Assembly (NCBI GenBank): GCA_031385545.1
Contig: JANNBN010000166.1
Coordinates: 83,826-147,825 of the forward strand
DNA length: 64,000 bases
Source of the DNA: Acidimicrobiia bacterium
GTDB lineage: Bacteria > Actinomycetota > Acidimicrobiia > Acidimicrobiales > JANYDT01
Direction of reading: 5' to 3'
The translations under genes were made by a program, and so were the position numbers. Of the stretch, positions 56,188-64,000 are shown in pieces; position 1 is the first letter of the stretch; each line of letters starts with the position of its first letter. The notes beneath the pieces are model-generated. The model did not search any database. It was not told the origin of the DNA and saw only the letters and a program-made list of their open reading frames with translations.

Positions 56188-57885
56188 TCAACGAGGCCCG
56201 CGTCGCAACCGGGAGAGGACCGAACCGATCCTCTGGACGAGCGGGTCGATCTCCGTGACCCGCACGGCCCGGGCAGCAAAGATGTACGCGCCGATTCCGA
56301 CCACCGATGTGCAGAGCACGAATACGAGGAGCGGCAACGTTCGGTGGGTCGGAGCCGACATACTGACCACTCCGGATCTGGCCGAGCCTGACAGGACGGT
56401 GCGGGTCAGCAATCGACCTGTGAGGACCACGGCACACGCCATTACCCCGGTCGCAACGAGGACGCGTCCGATGGTGGTGAGGAGAAGTGCCCCGTCCAGC
56501 CCGGCAGTCCTGCGCCTGACCACAAGTCCTGCAAGGACTGCGCTGATCAGGTAGGCCACGGCAAAGGCACCACCAAGGCCGACGATGCCGAACCATCGGT
56601 AGAAGAACGCACCGACGACGATGTTGATTGCGTTCTCGACGATGTTGACCTCGAACGTGGCCCGCGTATCGAGCATTGCCTTGAGCGAGTTCATGTACAG
56701 CAGGTACACCGCAAACCCTGGGAGGCCGGGCGCGATTGCTGCGAGCACTCGACCGATGAGGTGCGCCTTCTCGACGCTCGTCCCACCGTGGGCCGCGACC
56801 AGTTCGCTGATCGGCTTGGATAGCAGCACGTACCCGGCGGCAGCAGGTGTCATCAGGGCGATAAGCGCGCGCGTCGCCTTACCGAGGTGATTACGAAACT
56901 CTGCCCGCTTTCGGGTATGGAACGCCTTGCTGAGAGTGGGTTGCACGCCGGCCATCACCGACACGGCGATCACGCCGTACGGCAACTGGAAGAACACGCT
57001 GTTGGCCGTCGTATACGCCGTGAGATCGCCGTCGGAGCCGCGTTTTGCAGCGTTGTAGACGAACCACAGGGCAGCTTGGTTTGCGACGACATATCCGACG
57101 GTCCAGGCGGAAAGCCGCAGCAGGTGGCTGACGGCTGGATGCCCCGGCTGCCACACCATCCGCAACCCGAGGTCAGCTGCTCGAAGTGCAGGCACGGTGA
57201 CCACAAGCATCAGCAGGACGCCGAGCGTCGTTCCCCACCCAAGCGCCCACATCAGCCCGGAGTCATTTCGTACCCGTTGCAGATCGACCGCTCCGCCCAC
57301 GACCCGGAAGTCGTTCAGGCGAAAGCGAACCCACAGGAACATCGCAGACACAACAACGTTGTTCACGACCGGTGCTGCCATGGTGATACCGAACTGTGAT
57401 CGGCTGTGAAGCAACGCCGTGGACAAGGTCACACCGCCGTAGATCGCCACCTGTGGGGCGAACATCCGGAGGAGTGCAATGGCGAACTCTCGCTGCCCCG
57501 GCGCCCACTCGCGCCCGCTGCCGAAGAGCGACAGGAACGCCGGAGCACCGACGAACAGGACCACGCTCATCAGCATCACCACGGCAGCAGCGAGCGTGAC
57601 GACGGCCGACACGCCGGTCCGGTCGCTGGCCACCTGTCGGGCTGTGCGATTGGCGTTGGTATCGACCGGGGCGAGAAGCCGGACGAACAGCGGGACGAGC
57701 GTCGCCGAAAGAACGCCGCCGACCACCAACTCGTAGAACAGGTTGGGGCTGATGTTGGCGATGCTGTAGGCGTCGGTCAGGACACCAACGCTGAGTTGCA
57801 GGAAGAGCACGTTGCGCACGAGGCCGGTGACACGCGACGCAAGCGTGCCGACGGCCATCACCGCTGTTGATCGACCCAAGCTCAC
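56188..57885 (-). CDS. murJ: lipid II flippase MurJ (MviN), flippase domain only
   Basis: AVMAVGTLASRVTGLVRNVLFLQLSVGVLTDAYSIANISPNLFYELVVGGVLSATLVPLF, about 14 predicted TM helices. GTG 57885 forms a GTGA overlap with the upstream stop (ATG 57858 is an alternative). Confidence 0.88.
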   Translation of the reverse strand: MSLGRSTAVMAVGTLASRVTGLVRNVLFLQLSVGVLTDAYSIANISPNLFYELVVGGVLSATLVPLFVRLLAPVDTNANRTARQVASDRTGVSAVVTLAAAVVMLMSVVLFVGAPAFLSLFGSGREWAPGQREFAIALLRMFAPQVAIYGGVTLSTALLHSRSQFGITMAAPVVNNVVVSAMFLWVRFRLNDFRVVGGAVDLQRVRNDSGLMWALGWGTTLGVLLMLVVTVPALRAADLGLRMVWQPGHPAVSHLLRLSAWTVGYVVANQAALWFVYNAAKRGSDGDLTAYTTANSVFFQLPYGVIAVSVMAGVQPTLSKAFHTRKRAEFRNHLGKATRALIALMTPAAAGYVLLSKPISELVAAHGGTSVEKAHLIGRVLAAIAPGLPGFAVYLLYMNSLKAMLDTRATFEVNIVENAINIVVGAFFYRWFGIVGLGGAFAVAYLISAVLAGLVVRRRTAGLDGALLLTTIGRVLVATGVMACAVVLTGRLLTRTVLSGSARSGVVSMSAPTHRTLPLLVFVLCTSVVGIGAYIFAARAVRVTEIDPLVQRIGSVLSRLRRGPR

Positions 57886-60053
57886 GAGGTCGGGTTCCGG
57901 GGCGAGGGCTCGGCAGACGTGTCTCCCGCCGAGCGATCCCGTGCAGATCCTTCGGTTGATCCCTCCACCGACCTCCGGCGCTGCGGCCGGCGTGGGTGGC
58001 CATGGTTCTTCGCCCGATTGCTCAGCCACCAGAGGATGAGGAGACCCAGCAGCGTGAGTGTGAGCGTGACGCCGATCCCGCTGACACCGGTACTCCGGAT
58101 GGTGTAGGCGTTGCGTGACAGCGCCACACCGTTGGGCGTGGTGAGCGAGACCCGAACGTCGAAGCTCCCCGATGAGCGAGTCTCGACATCGAGCAGGACG
58201 ACCTGTGATCCAGCCTCCACAACGACATCCTGTTCGGCAGAGGCCGGAGTGGACCTGACGCGGCCTTGCTCCACCGACAGATGCACGACAGCTGCGCCTC
58301 CGGTGACGTTCTCGACGGTGACCGGGATCCGACCACGGAGGGCCGTCAGCCGGAACGGGCCGCCCCGCGCCAGGCGCACCCCGCCCAGGTCACGCGCTGC
58401 CAACTGGCTGGCGACGGTGAGGTAGTCACCACCCGTGATGGATGCCTCGGTGCCAGCTCGGTCGGTGGTACCCCCGTCAGGGTCGGCGAGGGCTGCGCTG
58501 AAGAATCGCTCGGCTGCCCTTCCGGCGGCCGGGTTGCTTCCGAAAGTGAGGTTGACACCGTCGATGCCGCGGCGGGCTGCGTCGATGGCGGCCAGATAGT
58601 CGTCGGAGGTGTCGGTCGCGTCGACGGCGACTCGTCCGATGCTCAGCAGATCACCGGCCGCGTCGGTTGCGATGGGTCGCTCGAACAGTTCCGAGACCCG
58701 GGCGGGCGTCACGGATTGCAGGGCGTCGATACCGGCGAGGAGTGCGTCGATGGTCAGGCGTTTCACAGCTTCATCCGGCACCCAGACCGCAAGCCCTGCG
58801 CCCGGAGTTGCTCGTTCCGAAGCAAGTGCGAGGTCGGCCAGGAGTTGGTTGACCCCAAGCAGCGTGTCGGGCTGAAGCAGATGGCCGGTCAGAGTCTCGT
58901 CGGTGACAATCGCACGGATGGCAGAGGACTCTTCGAGTGTTTCCTCCTGTACAAGTGTTCCGTCGCTGTGGCTCTGGAATACGAGGCCGGTGTCGAATAC
59001 CACGGGTTTGTCGACAAGCATTGTACGGATCCCGCCTCCCGTGGGAGAGGTCTCTGCCACCAGCGAGGAGTGAACGACCAACCGCTGTGGCCCGATTCGC
59101 AGCATTCCGTCGCGGTCCGGAATCCGGTTCATCGGGCCGATCATCCAGGTGTCGGTGACGACGTTCTCACCGAAGCGGTCAGTCAGCGCGTCAGAGCCCG
59201 CCAGCCACTGCCCACGGATCACTTCTCCGAGGCGTCCGTCCTGTTGGAGTTGCGGATGGAACGCCTCGAAGGTCGAAGCGATGAGCTCGCGCCCGGCCAA
59301 GCCGGTAGACAGCGTGTCGAGTGCGCCGGCGACAGCGACATCGTCGCGTGCCCGAGCGACGATCGACGGTGTGGGAACGATGCTCAACGGGAGGCCTCGG
59401 AGGCTGGCGAGCGATTCGCTGGCTGCCACGAGCCTGGTGAGTGGCGTGGTTCGGTGGGACCCATCGGGCAGAAGCGTCCTCGGGACGGTGGTCGGGATGA
59501 TCAACGCCACCGACAGCGTGGGAGTGGCACGTCGTTGCAGGATCAGGTGTGTGATCAGGCGGGCGCTGACCGCTCCTTCGCTTCGCTCGCGGATGTCGAT
59601 GCTGACCGGATACACACCGTCGGTCGATATCGCCAAGCACGTTTCGCACGACCCGACCAGGACTCGCTCGCTGACGATGTAGGTGCCGCGCTGGTCGCTC
59701 GGTCCGAGTGGCCGAACTCTCAGCGAGATGGGCGAGCCGAGGCGTACGCCTTCGATCGAGTCGAGCAGCGCTGTGCGATCAGTGACACGTTGGTACACGG
59801 CGATGGCCATGTCCAGGTCAGGTCGCACCGCGGGGTCGAACACGTCGGCACGTATGTCGAACACACCGTCGGTGCCGACCACCGGTGTCTGGCCCGTGAG
59901 CCGGATGGTCAGTCGGTTGGGTTGAGTGGTTGGTTGAGTGGTCGCATTCGGGCGGTTGATCCCGGCAAAGCCCGCAGCGGGCGGTGGGACAACGCCCAAC
60001 ACCGTGAGGACACACGCAGCGGCGGTGTATCGAATGAACCGGCCAGCGGTCAT
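57882..60053 (-). CDS. large secreted, C-terminally anchored protein conserved upstream of murJ in actinobacteria (Rv3909 / DUF6049-like)
   Basis: Signal peptide AAACVLTVLGVVPPPAAG, roughly 650-aa extracytoplasmic region, C-terminal TM IGVTLTLTLLGLLILWWL and a basic tail. Position matches the mycobacterial gene order. Confidence 0.6.
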   Translation of the reverse strand: MTAGRFIRYTAAACVLTVLGVVPPPAAGFAGINRPNATTQPTTQPNRLTIRLTGQTPVVGTDGVFDIRADVFDPAVRPDLDMAIAVYQRVTDRTALLDSIEGVRLGSPISLRVRPLGPSDQRGTYIVSERVLVGSCETCLAISTDGVYPVSIDIRERSEGAVSARLITHLILQRRATPTLSVALIIPTTVPRTLLPDGSHRTTPLTRLVAASESLASLRGLPLSIVPTPSIVARARDDVAVAGALDTLSTGLAGRELIASTFEAFHPQLQQDGRLGEVIRGQWLAGSDALTDRFGENVVTDTWMIGPMNRIPDRDGMLRIGPQRLVVHSSLVAETSPTGGGIRTMLVDKPVVFDTGLVFQSHSDGTLVQEETLEESSAIRAIVTDETLTGHLLQPDTLLGVNQLLADLALASERATPGAGLAVWVPDEAVKRLTIDALLAGIDALQSVTPARVSELFERPIATDAAGDLLSIGRVAVDATDTSDDYLAAIDAARRGIDGVNLTFGSNPAAGRAAERFFSAALADPDGGTTDRAGTEASITGGDYLTVASQLAARDLGGVRLARGGPFRLTALRGRIPVTVENVTGGAAVVHLSVEQGRVRSTPASAEQDVVVEAGSQVVLLDVETRSSGSFDVRVSLTTPNGVALSRNAYTIRSTGVSGIGVTLTLTLLGLLILWWLSNRAKNHGHPRRPQRRRSVEGSTEGSARDRSAGDTSAEPSPRNPTS

Positions 60054-60898
60054 GTCGGCCGGCTGCCCGGGTCCGAGGGGTCCGGGATCGGCGGAACGCC
60101 GAGCACCACCAGACCACCGGGGACAGTTTCGAAGCCGATCCGCTCGTACAGCGAAGCCGCTCGCGTGTTGTCCACCCGGGTGTTGACGGCAAGAACCGAC
60201 GCCCGACCGGCCCGCGCCCAGCCGATGGCGTCGGCGCAGAGCAGCGATGCGATCCCACGGCCTTCATAACACGGGTGGACGGCAAGGCGCTGGAGGTAGC
60301 TCCTTCGGCCGGCGCGGCCCGTCACCGCGTAGCCGACGACATGGGTCGGCAAGATGTCCTGCGACCGGGTTGCCGCGACGGCGAAACGCACGAGCCGACG
60401 TGGGGTCGCGTGCAGCGCCTCATCGATGGACAGTTCGTCGAATTGTTCGCCTGGACGAAAGGCGGCATGGTCGACTGACAGAGCGGCGCGAATCCACGCA
60501 TCAGCGCGGCTGCGCCGACGTGGAAGCTGCGTCAGGCGAATTCCCGTCACGCCGGCGGAGCGGGTTTCGTCAGCAGCGAGATCCATCCGGTAGAGCAGCA
60601 GTGCCGCCACTTCTTCGAACCCGGCGCGTCGGAACCCGATGGTTTCCTCCGGCGTCAGCGCCGGGGTGGTTATCGCGCCGCAGTGGCCGGCCGCCCTGAT
60701 CGCGCGGATCGCAGAATCGACCATCGAATCCGAAACTGCATCGGCAGAGGTTGGATGCAACACCGCCCTGCCTGGTCGTTCGGGAGTGTTGAGCAGGGCC
60801 ATCCGAAGCCCGGGTCCGCGACCCGTGCCGGCCACGATCTGGTGTACCACGGCGCGCTCCACAGCCGAGGAACGCAGTGCCGTGATCGCCTGTGCCAT
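60050..60898 (-). CDS. GNAT family N-acetyltransferase (start ATG 60898 or ORF-track 60952)
   Basis: Acetyl-CoA motif A region LQRLAVHPCYEGRGIASLL...AVNTRVDNTRAASLYERIGFE. ATGA overlap with the downstream gene start. Confidence 0.7.
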   Translation of the reverse strand: MAQAITALRSSAVERAVVHQIVAGTGRGPGLRMALLNTPERPGRAVLHPTSADAVSDSMVDSAIRAIRAAGHCGAITTPALTPEETIGFRRAGFEEVAALLLYRMDLAADETRSAGVTGIRLTQLPRRRSRADAWIRAALSVDHAAFRPGEQFDELSIDEALHATPRRLVRFAVAATRSQDILPTHVVGYAVTGRAGRRSYLQRLAVHPCYEGRGIASLLCADAIGWARAGRASVLAVNTRVDNTRAASLYERIGFETVPGGLVVLGVPPIPDPSDPGSRPT

Positions 60899-61013
60899 TC
60901 CGGCAGGATAGGGCCGATCAGGCGCTTGGCATGGTCGGTGGCACTCGCTCACGAGTCGTCTTTCACATCCTCACCCGGCCTGACCCATGCTGTCGGGCCC
61001 ATAGGGTAGGGAG

Positions 61014-62429
61014 ATGATCCCGCCGCGCTTCGTTCCCCTCATCGAGGAGACGGCAGATCTGGCCGCTGCGTTCTCGTCCGCAGGGAAGCGGCTGTACCTA
61101 GTCGGCGGCATCGTGCGCGACGCGTTGTTGGGGCGAATCCGTGACTCGCTCGACCTCGATTTCACGACCGACGCCCTGCCTGCCGAGACTCAGCGGATCC
61201 TGCGGACGCTCCCGATCGAGGCCCTCTGGACCCAGGGCGAACGCTTCGGAACAATCGGCGCTCAGCTCCGGGGTCGGACACTCGAGATCACGACCCATCG
61301 AGGTGAGGCGTACTCACCGGATTCTCGCAAGCCCGACGTGCAATTCGCGTCCGATGTACAGGTCGATCTGTCTCGGCGTGACTTCACCATCAACTCCATG
61401 GCGTTGGAACTCGGCACCGAGGATCTCCAGCTGATCGACCCCTTCGGCGGGGCGGCCGACCTGATGGCCAACCAACTGCGGACCCCGCTGGATCCTGAGG
61501 TGAGCTTCTCCGACGATCCGCTGCGAATGCTGCGTGCGGCACGGTTCATCTCGGGGTTCGGGTTGCAGCCGATGGCTGGTCTGATCGAGGCGGTAGAGCG
61601 CCTTGCACCTCGCCTGTCGATCGTGTCCAAGGAGCGCATCCGCCAAGAGTTGGACAAGCTGATGGTGGTCGATTCGCCATCGGCCGGTATCTGGTTCCTT
61701 GTGCAATCCGGGCTTGCTGCGCAGTTCCTGCCCGAGTTGCCGGCCATGGAACTCGAGCAGGACCCTATCCATCGCCACAAAGACGTACTTGCACATACGA
61801 TCGCTGTTGTTGAGAAGACGAGCACCGACAAGATCGTCCGGCTGGCAGCGCTATTCCACGACGTTGCCAAGCCTCGCACGCGCAGAATTGGTGCCGGCGG
61901 CGTGTCGTTCCATCATCACGATGTCGTCGGTGCACGTATGACCCGCGATCGGATGAAGGAACTCACCTACTCAAATCAGGAAATCGACGACGTTGCGAAA
62001 CTCGTCGAGCTCCATCTCCGGTTCCATACCTATCAAGCCGGTTGGACCGATTCCGCCGTCCGCCGCTACGTCCGTGATGCCGGGCCGCTCCTCGATCGCC
62101 TCAACGAGCTGACCCGTTGCGATTGCACAACTCGCAATGCCAAGAAGGCCGCCGCCCTCGCTCGCAGGATGGACGAGCTCGAGGCACGGATTGCGGAATT
62201 GCGGGACCAGGAAGAGCTGGATTCCATACGCCCCGACCTCGACGGGAGTCAGGTGATGGAGTTGCTGCACATCGGCCCGTCGCGCGTCATCGGCGAGGCC
62301 CTCGACATGCTGCTTGGAGTACGACTCGACGAAGGTCCTCTCGACGAGGCGCAAGCCACGCAACGACTCCGCCAGTGGTGGGCGGGCCATCCGCTGAACC
62401 CGGCCGCGCAGCAAGGTTCCGGAGCTTGA
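61014..62429 (+). CDS. cca: CCA tRNA nucleotidyltransferase (PcnA-type, with HD domain)
   Basis: LYLVGGIVRDALLGR...DLDFTT nucleotidyltransferase motif, RDFTINSMA, HD motif HRHKDVLAHT...FHDVAKP. Confidence 0.9.
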   Translation: MIPPRFVPLIEETADLAAAFSSAGKRLYLVGGIVRDALLGRIRDSLDLDFTTDALPAETQRILRTLPIEALWTQGERFGTIGAQLRGRTLEITTHRGEAYSPDSRKPDVQFASDVQVDLSRRDFTINSMALELGTEDLQLIDPFGGAADLMANQLRTPLDPEVSFSDDPLRMLRAARFISGFGLQPMAGLIEAVERLAPRLSIVSKERIRQELDKLMVVDSPSAGIWFLVQSGLAAQFLPELPAMELEQDPIHRHKDVLAHTIAVVEKTSTDKIVRLAALFHDVAKPRTRRIGAGGVSFHHHDVVGARMTRDRMKELTYSNQEIDDVAKLVELHLRFHTYQAGWTDSAVRRYVRDAGPLLDRLNELTRCDCTTRNAKKAAALARRMDELEARIAELRDQEELDSIRPDLDGSQVMELLHIGPSRVIGEALDMLLGVRLDEGPLDEAQATQRLRQWWAGHPLNPAAQQGSGA

Positions 62430-62440
62430 CGGGCGCAACG

Positions 62441-63052
62441 GTGACTGCTGGCCGAGGTCGTTGTGCCCTCGTGGTCTTCGCCCATCCGGACGGGTCCAGC
62501 CTGTGTGCCACGTTGGCTCACGCTGCCGTGCGGGGACTGGAACGAGGCGGCGCTCAGGTCGTTCTTGTCGATCTGTACGCCGATGGATTCGTGCCGGCCA
62601 TGTCTGAAGCGGAGCGTCGCGTCTACGAGTCAGATCAGCCGATACTCGATCCGCTTGTGAGGCGCTATGCGGATATCGTGAAGTGGTGCGACACGCTTGT
62701 GGTGGTGTACCCAACCTGGAACATGGGGATGCCAGCGATCTTGAAGGGCTGGTTCGAGCGGGTGTTCGTGGCAGGGGTCGCATTTGCGCTGCCGACATCC
62801 GGGTCGACCATTCTTGGCGGCCTGAACCACATCACGCGATTCGTCGGGGTCAGTACGTACGGAGCACCGCGCCTCGTGGTTCGGCTCACGACGGACCATG
62901 GGCGACGTCTCCTCACCCGGTGCGTGCGGCTGATGTCCACCAGGCCAGGGCGTCGGACGCGATGGCTTGGGCTCTACGGCCTGAACACACCGACGGCGCC
63001 TGCTGTCACGGGCTTCATCGGACGCGTGGAACGTGACATGGAGCGCCTGTGA
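62441..63052 (+). CDS. flavodoxin-like fold NAD(P)H dehydrogenase (quinone) family protein
   Basis: ALVVFAHPDGSSLCATLA...VDLYADGF...LVVVYPTWNMGMPAILKGWFERVF. GTG 62441 lies after the cca stop. The ORF-track start at 62117 overlaps cca. Confidence 0.7.
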   Translation: MTAGRGRCALVVFAHPDGSSLCATLAHAAVRGLERGGAQVVLVDLYADGFVPAMSEAERRVYESDQPILDPLVRRYADIVKWCDTLVVVYPTWNMGMPAILKGWFERVFVAGVAFALPTSGSTILGGLNHITRFVGVSTYGAPRLVVRLTTDHGRRLLTRCVRLMSTRPGRRTRWLGLYGLNTPTAPAVTGFIGRVERDMERL

Positions 63053-63660
63053 CCCGTTCCGCCGTCGAGAGTTCCGGCCGTCGGTTCGTGGTGGTGCTGT
63101 GCCATCCGCTACCGGACAGCTTCGTGCGTGCAGCGGGAGACCGAGCCATGCGAGCGCTGGCCTCCGGCGGGCACGGCGTCGAAGTCCTCGACCTTGACGC
63201 GGAAGGCTTCAACCCGTTGCTGAGCCAAACGGAATGGGCGCTGCGCGAAACGGGGGTCCCCGACACACTCACCGCCCACGTCGATGCGCTTCGCAGGGCG
63301 ACTGACCTTGTCCTCGTCTACCCGACCTGGTACGGCGGCATGCCAGCACTGATGAAGGGTTGGTTCGATCGTGTGTGGGGGCGCGGCGTTGCGTGGGAAA
63401 TCCGTCGCGGCTCGGGTCGTCCGCACGGGTTGCTCCGCAACATCACGAGCGTCTGGGTGGTCACGTCGCACGGGTCGAACCGATGGGTGAACTTCGGTCA
63501 GGGTGAGGGCGGTCTGCGATTTGTCCGCCGTACCCTGCGGCTCACCTGTGCACCGTGGATACGAACGCACTGGGTGGCGTTCTACGGCAACGATTCGGCC
63601 GAGGAATCGGAGCGGCTGGCGTTTCTCGCCCGGGTGGAGCGCGTCTTCGCCAAGGCGTGA
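63049..63660 (+). CDS. flavodoxin-like fold NAD(P)H dehydrogenase (quinone) family protein, tandem paralogue
   Basis: FVVVLCHPLPDSFVRAAG...LDLDAEGF...LVLVYPTWYGGMPALMKGWFDRVW. GTGA overlap with the previous gene. Confidence 0.7.
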   Translation: MTRSAVESSGRRFVVVLCHPLPDSFVRAAGDRAMRALASGGHGVEVLDLDAEGFNPLLSQTEWALRETGVPDTLTAHVDALRRATDLVLVYPTWYGGMPALMKGWFDRVWGRGVAWEIRRGSGRPHGLLRNITSVWVVTSHGSNRWVNFGQGEGGLRFVRRTLRLTCAPWIRTHWVAFYGNDSAEESERLAFLARVERVFAKA

Positions 63661-63774
63661 CGAGCGAGAAGGTCTGGTGAATCCGGACCCGCCGGTAGCC
63701 TGTGATGCGTGGACCCCCGGCCTCCCACACCGCTACGCCGCTCTGTGGCCGAGGTGCAGACCCCAACTGGCTCG

Positions 63775-64000
63775 ATGCTGCCCCCGTGGGTGCGTCCAGG
63801 GGCTGTGGACTATCGCCTTGCGCGCCGTCATCTCATCAACGAGTACCACCGCAAGCGGCTCAGCAGGATCGACGTGTGCGATGCGCATCCCGAGTTGGTC
63901 AGGGCGGCAACCCACGTCGGGCATCGCACCGAGCATGACTGCCCCATCTGCGAGTCGGCCAAACTCGTCTACGTGTCCTACGTGTTCGGAGCACGGCTTC
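63775..64000 (+). CDS. DUF5318-like protein, 3'-truncated by the window end
   Basis: Open frame from ATG 63775 to the window end: MLPPWVRPGAVDYRLARRHLINEYHRKRLSRIDVCDAHPELVRAATHVGHRTEHDCPICESAKLVYVSYVFGARL. The VDY...DVCDAHPEL...CP.C pattern resembles the conserved actinobacterial DUF5318 family. Absent from the ORF track because no stop is reached. Confidence 0.55.
   Translation, partial: MLPPWVRPGAVDYRLARRHLINEYHRKRLSRIDVCDAHPELVRAATHVGHRTEHDCPICESAKLVYVSYVFGARL

Noticed and set aside
58266-60269. 667-aa plus-strand ORF, the longest unassigned ORF in the track
   Set aside because: It lies entirely antisense to the 723-aa secreted-protein gene and the GNAT gene. Its composition is dominated by Arg/Gly/Asp/Val with no motif. 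This is the typical shadow ORF of a high-GC genome.

Overview
High-GC actinobacterial chromosome segment (roughly 62-65% GC by hand counts of sample lines) centred on the replication origin. On the minus strand it carries dnaA-dnaN-recF-dciA(DUF721)-gyrB-gyrA-(TadE-like)-DUF3566-tRNA-Ile-(oxidoreductase)-tRNA-Ala. On the plus strand it carries rpmH-rnpA-yidD-yidC-jag-rsmG-(three perfect parS)-parA-parB. A long minus-strand array follows: GNAT, large secreted protein, murJ, degV, Ser/Thr kinase, ECF sigma, anti-sigma, small membrane protein, trxB, trxA. After that come cca and two tandem flavodoxin-like quinone reductases. This matches the conserved Mycobacterium-type ori-region synteny (established knowledge).

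The left 29 kb holds housekeeping and salvage genes: metG, panE, a GT-C membrane glycosyltransferase, an aminotransferase, a class II aldolase and an S41 peptidase. It also holds a BMP-type nucleoside ABC transporter with cdd, a MetE-like methyltransferase, an acyl-CoA synthetase, a DUF2786 protein, RidA, add, a phospho-sugar mutase and deoC. I found no CRISPR array, transposase, integrase or rRNA.

Main things worth a second look:
- (1) A lower-GC, rare-codon, three-ORF cassette of unknown function at the extreme left edge (nt 1-1743), probably truncated by the window. This is the best candidate for an acquired, undescribed system.
- (2) Dense same-strand DnaA-box-like clusters outside the canonical dnaA-dnaN oriC: one at the recF/dciA junction and one in the gyrB-gyrA spacer. 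They share an identical 15-mer.
- (3) A 1.16-kb apparently gene-free rsmG-parA spacer with three perfect 16-bp parS palindromes.
- (4) A four-copy (two direct, two inverted) 22-bp element between convergent genes at 21.4 kb.
- (5) murJ and an apparently catalytically intact Ser/Thr kinase with an extracellular domain, encoded as separate genes with degV between them. Mycobacteria have a single MviN fusion.
- (6) Several short tandem repeats that sit exactly on stop or start codons.

All family assignments come from motif recognition by eye. No database search was run.
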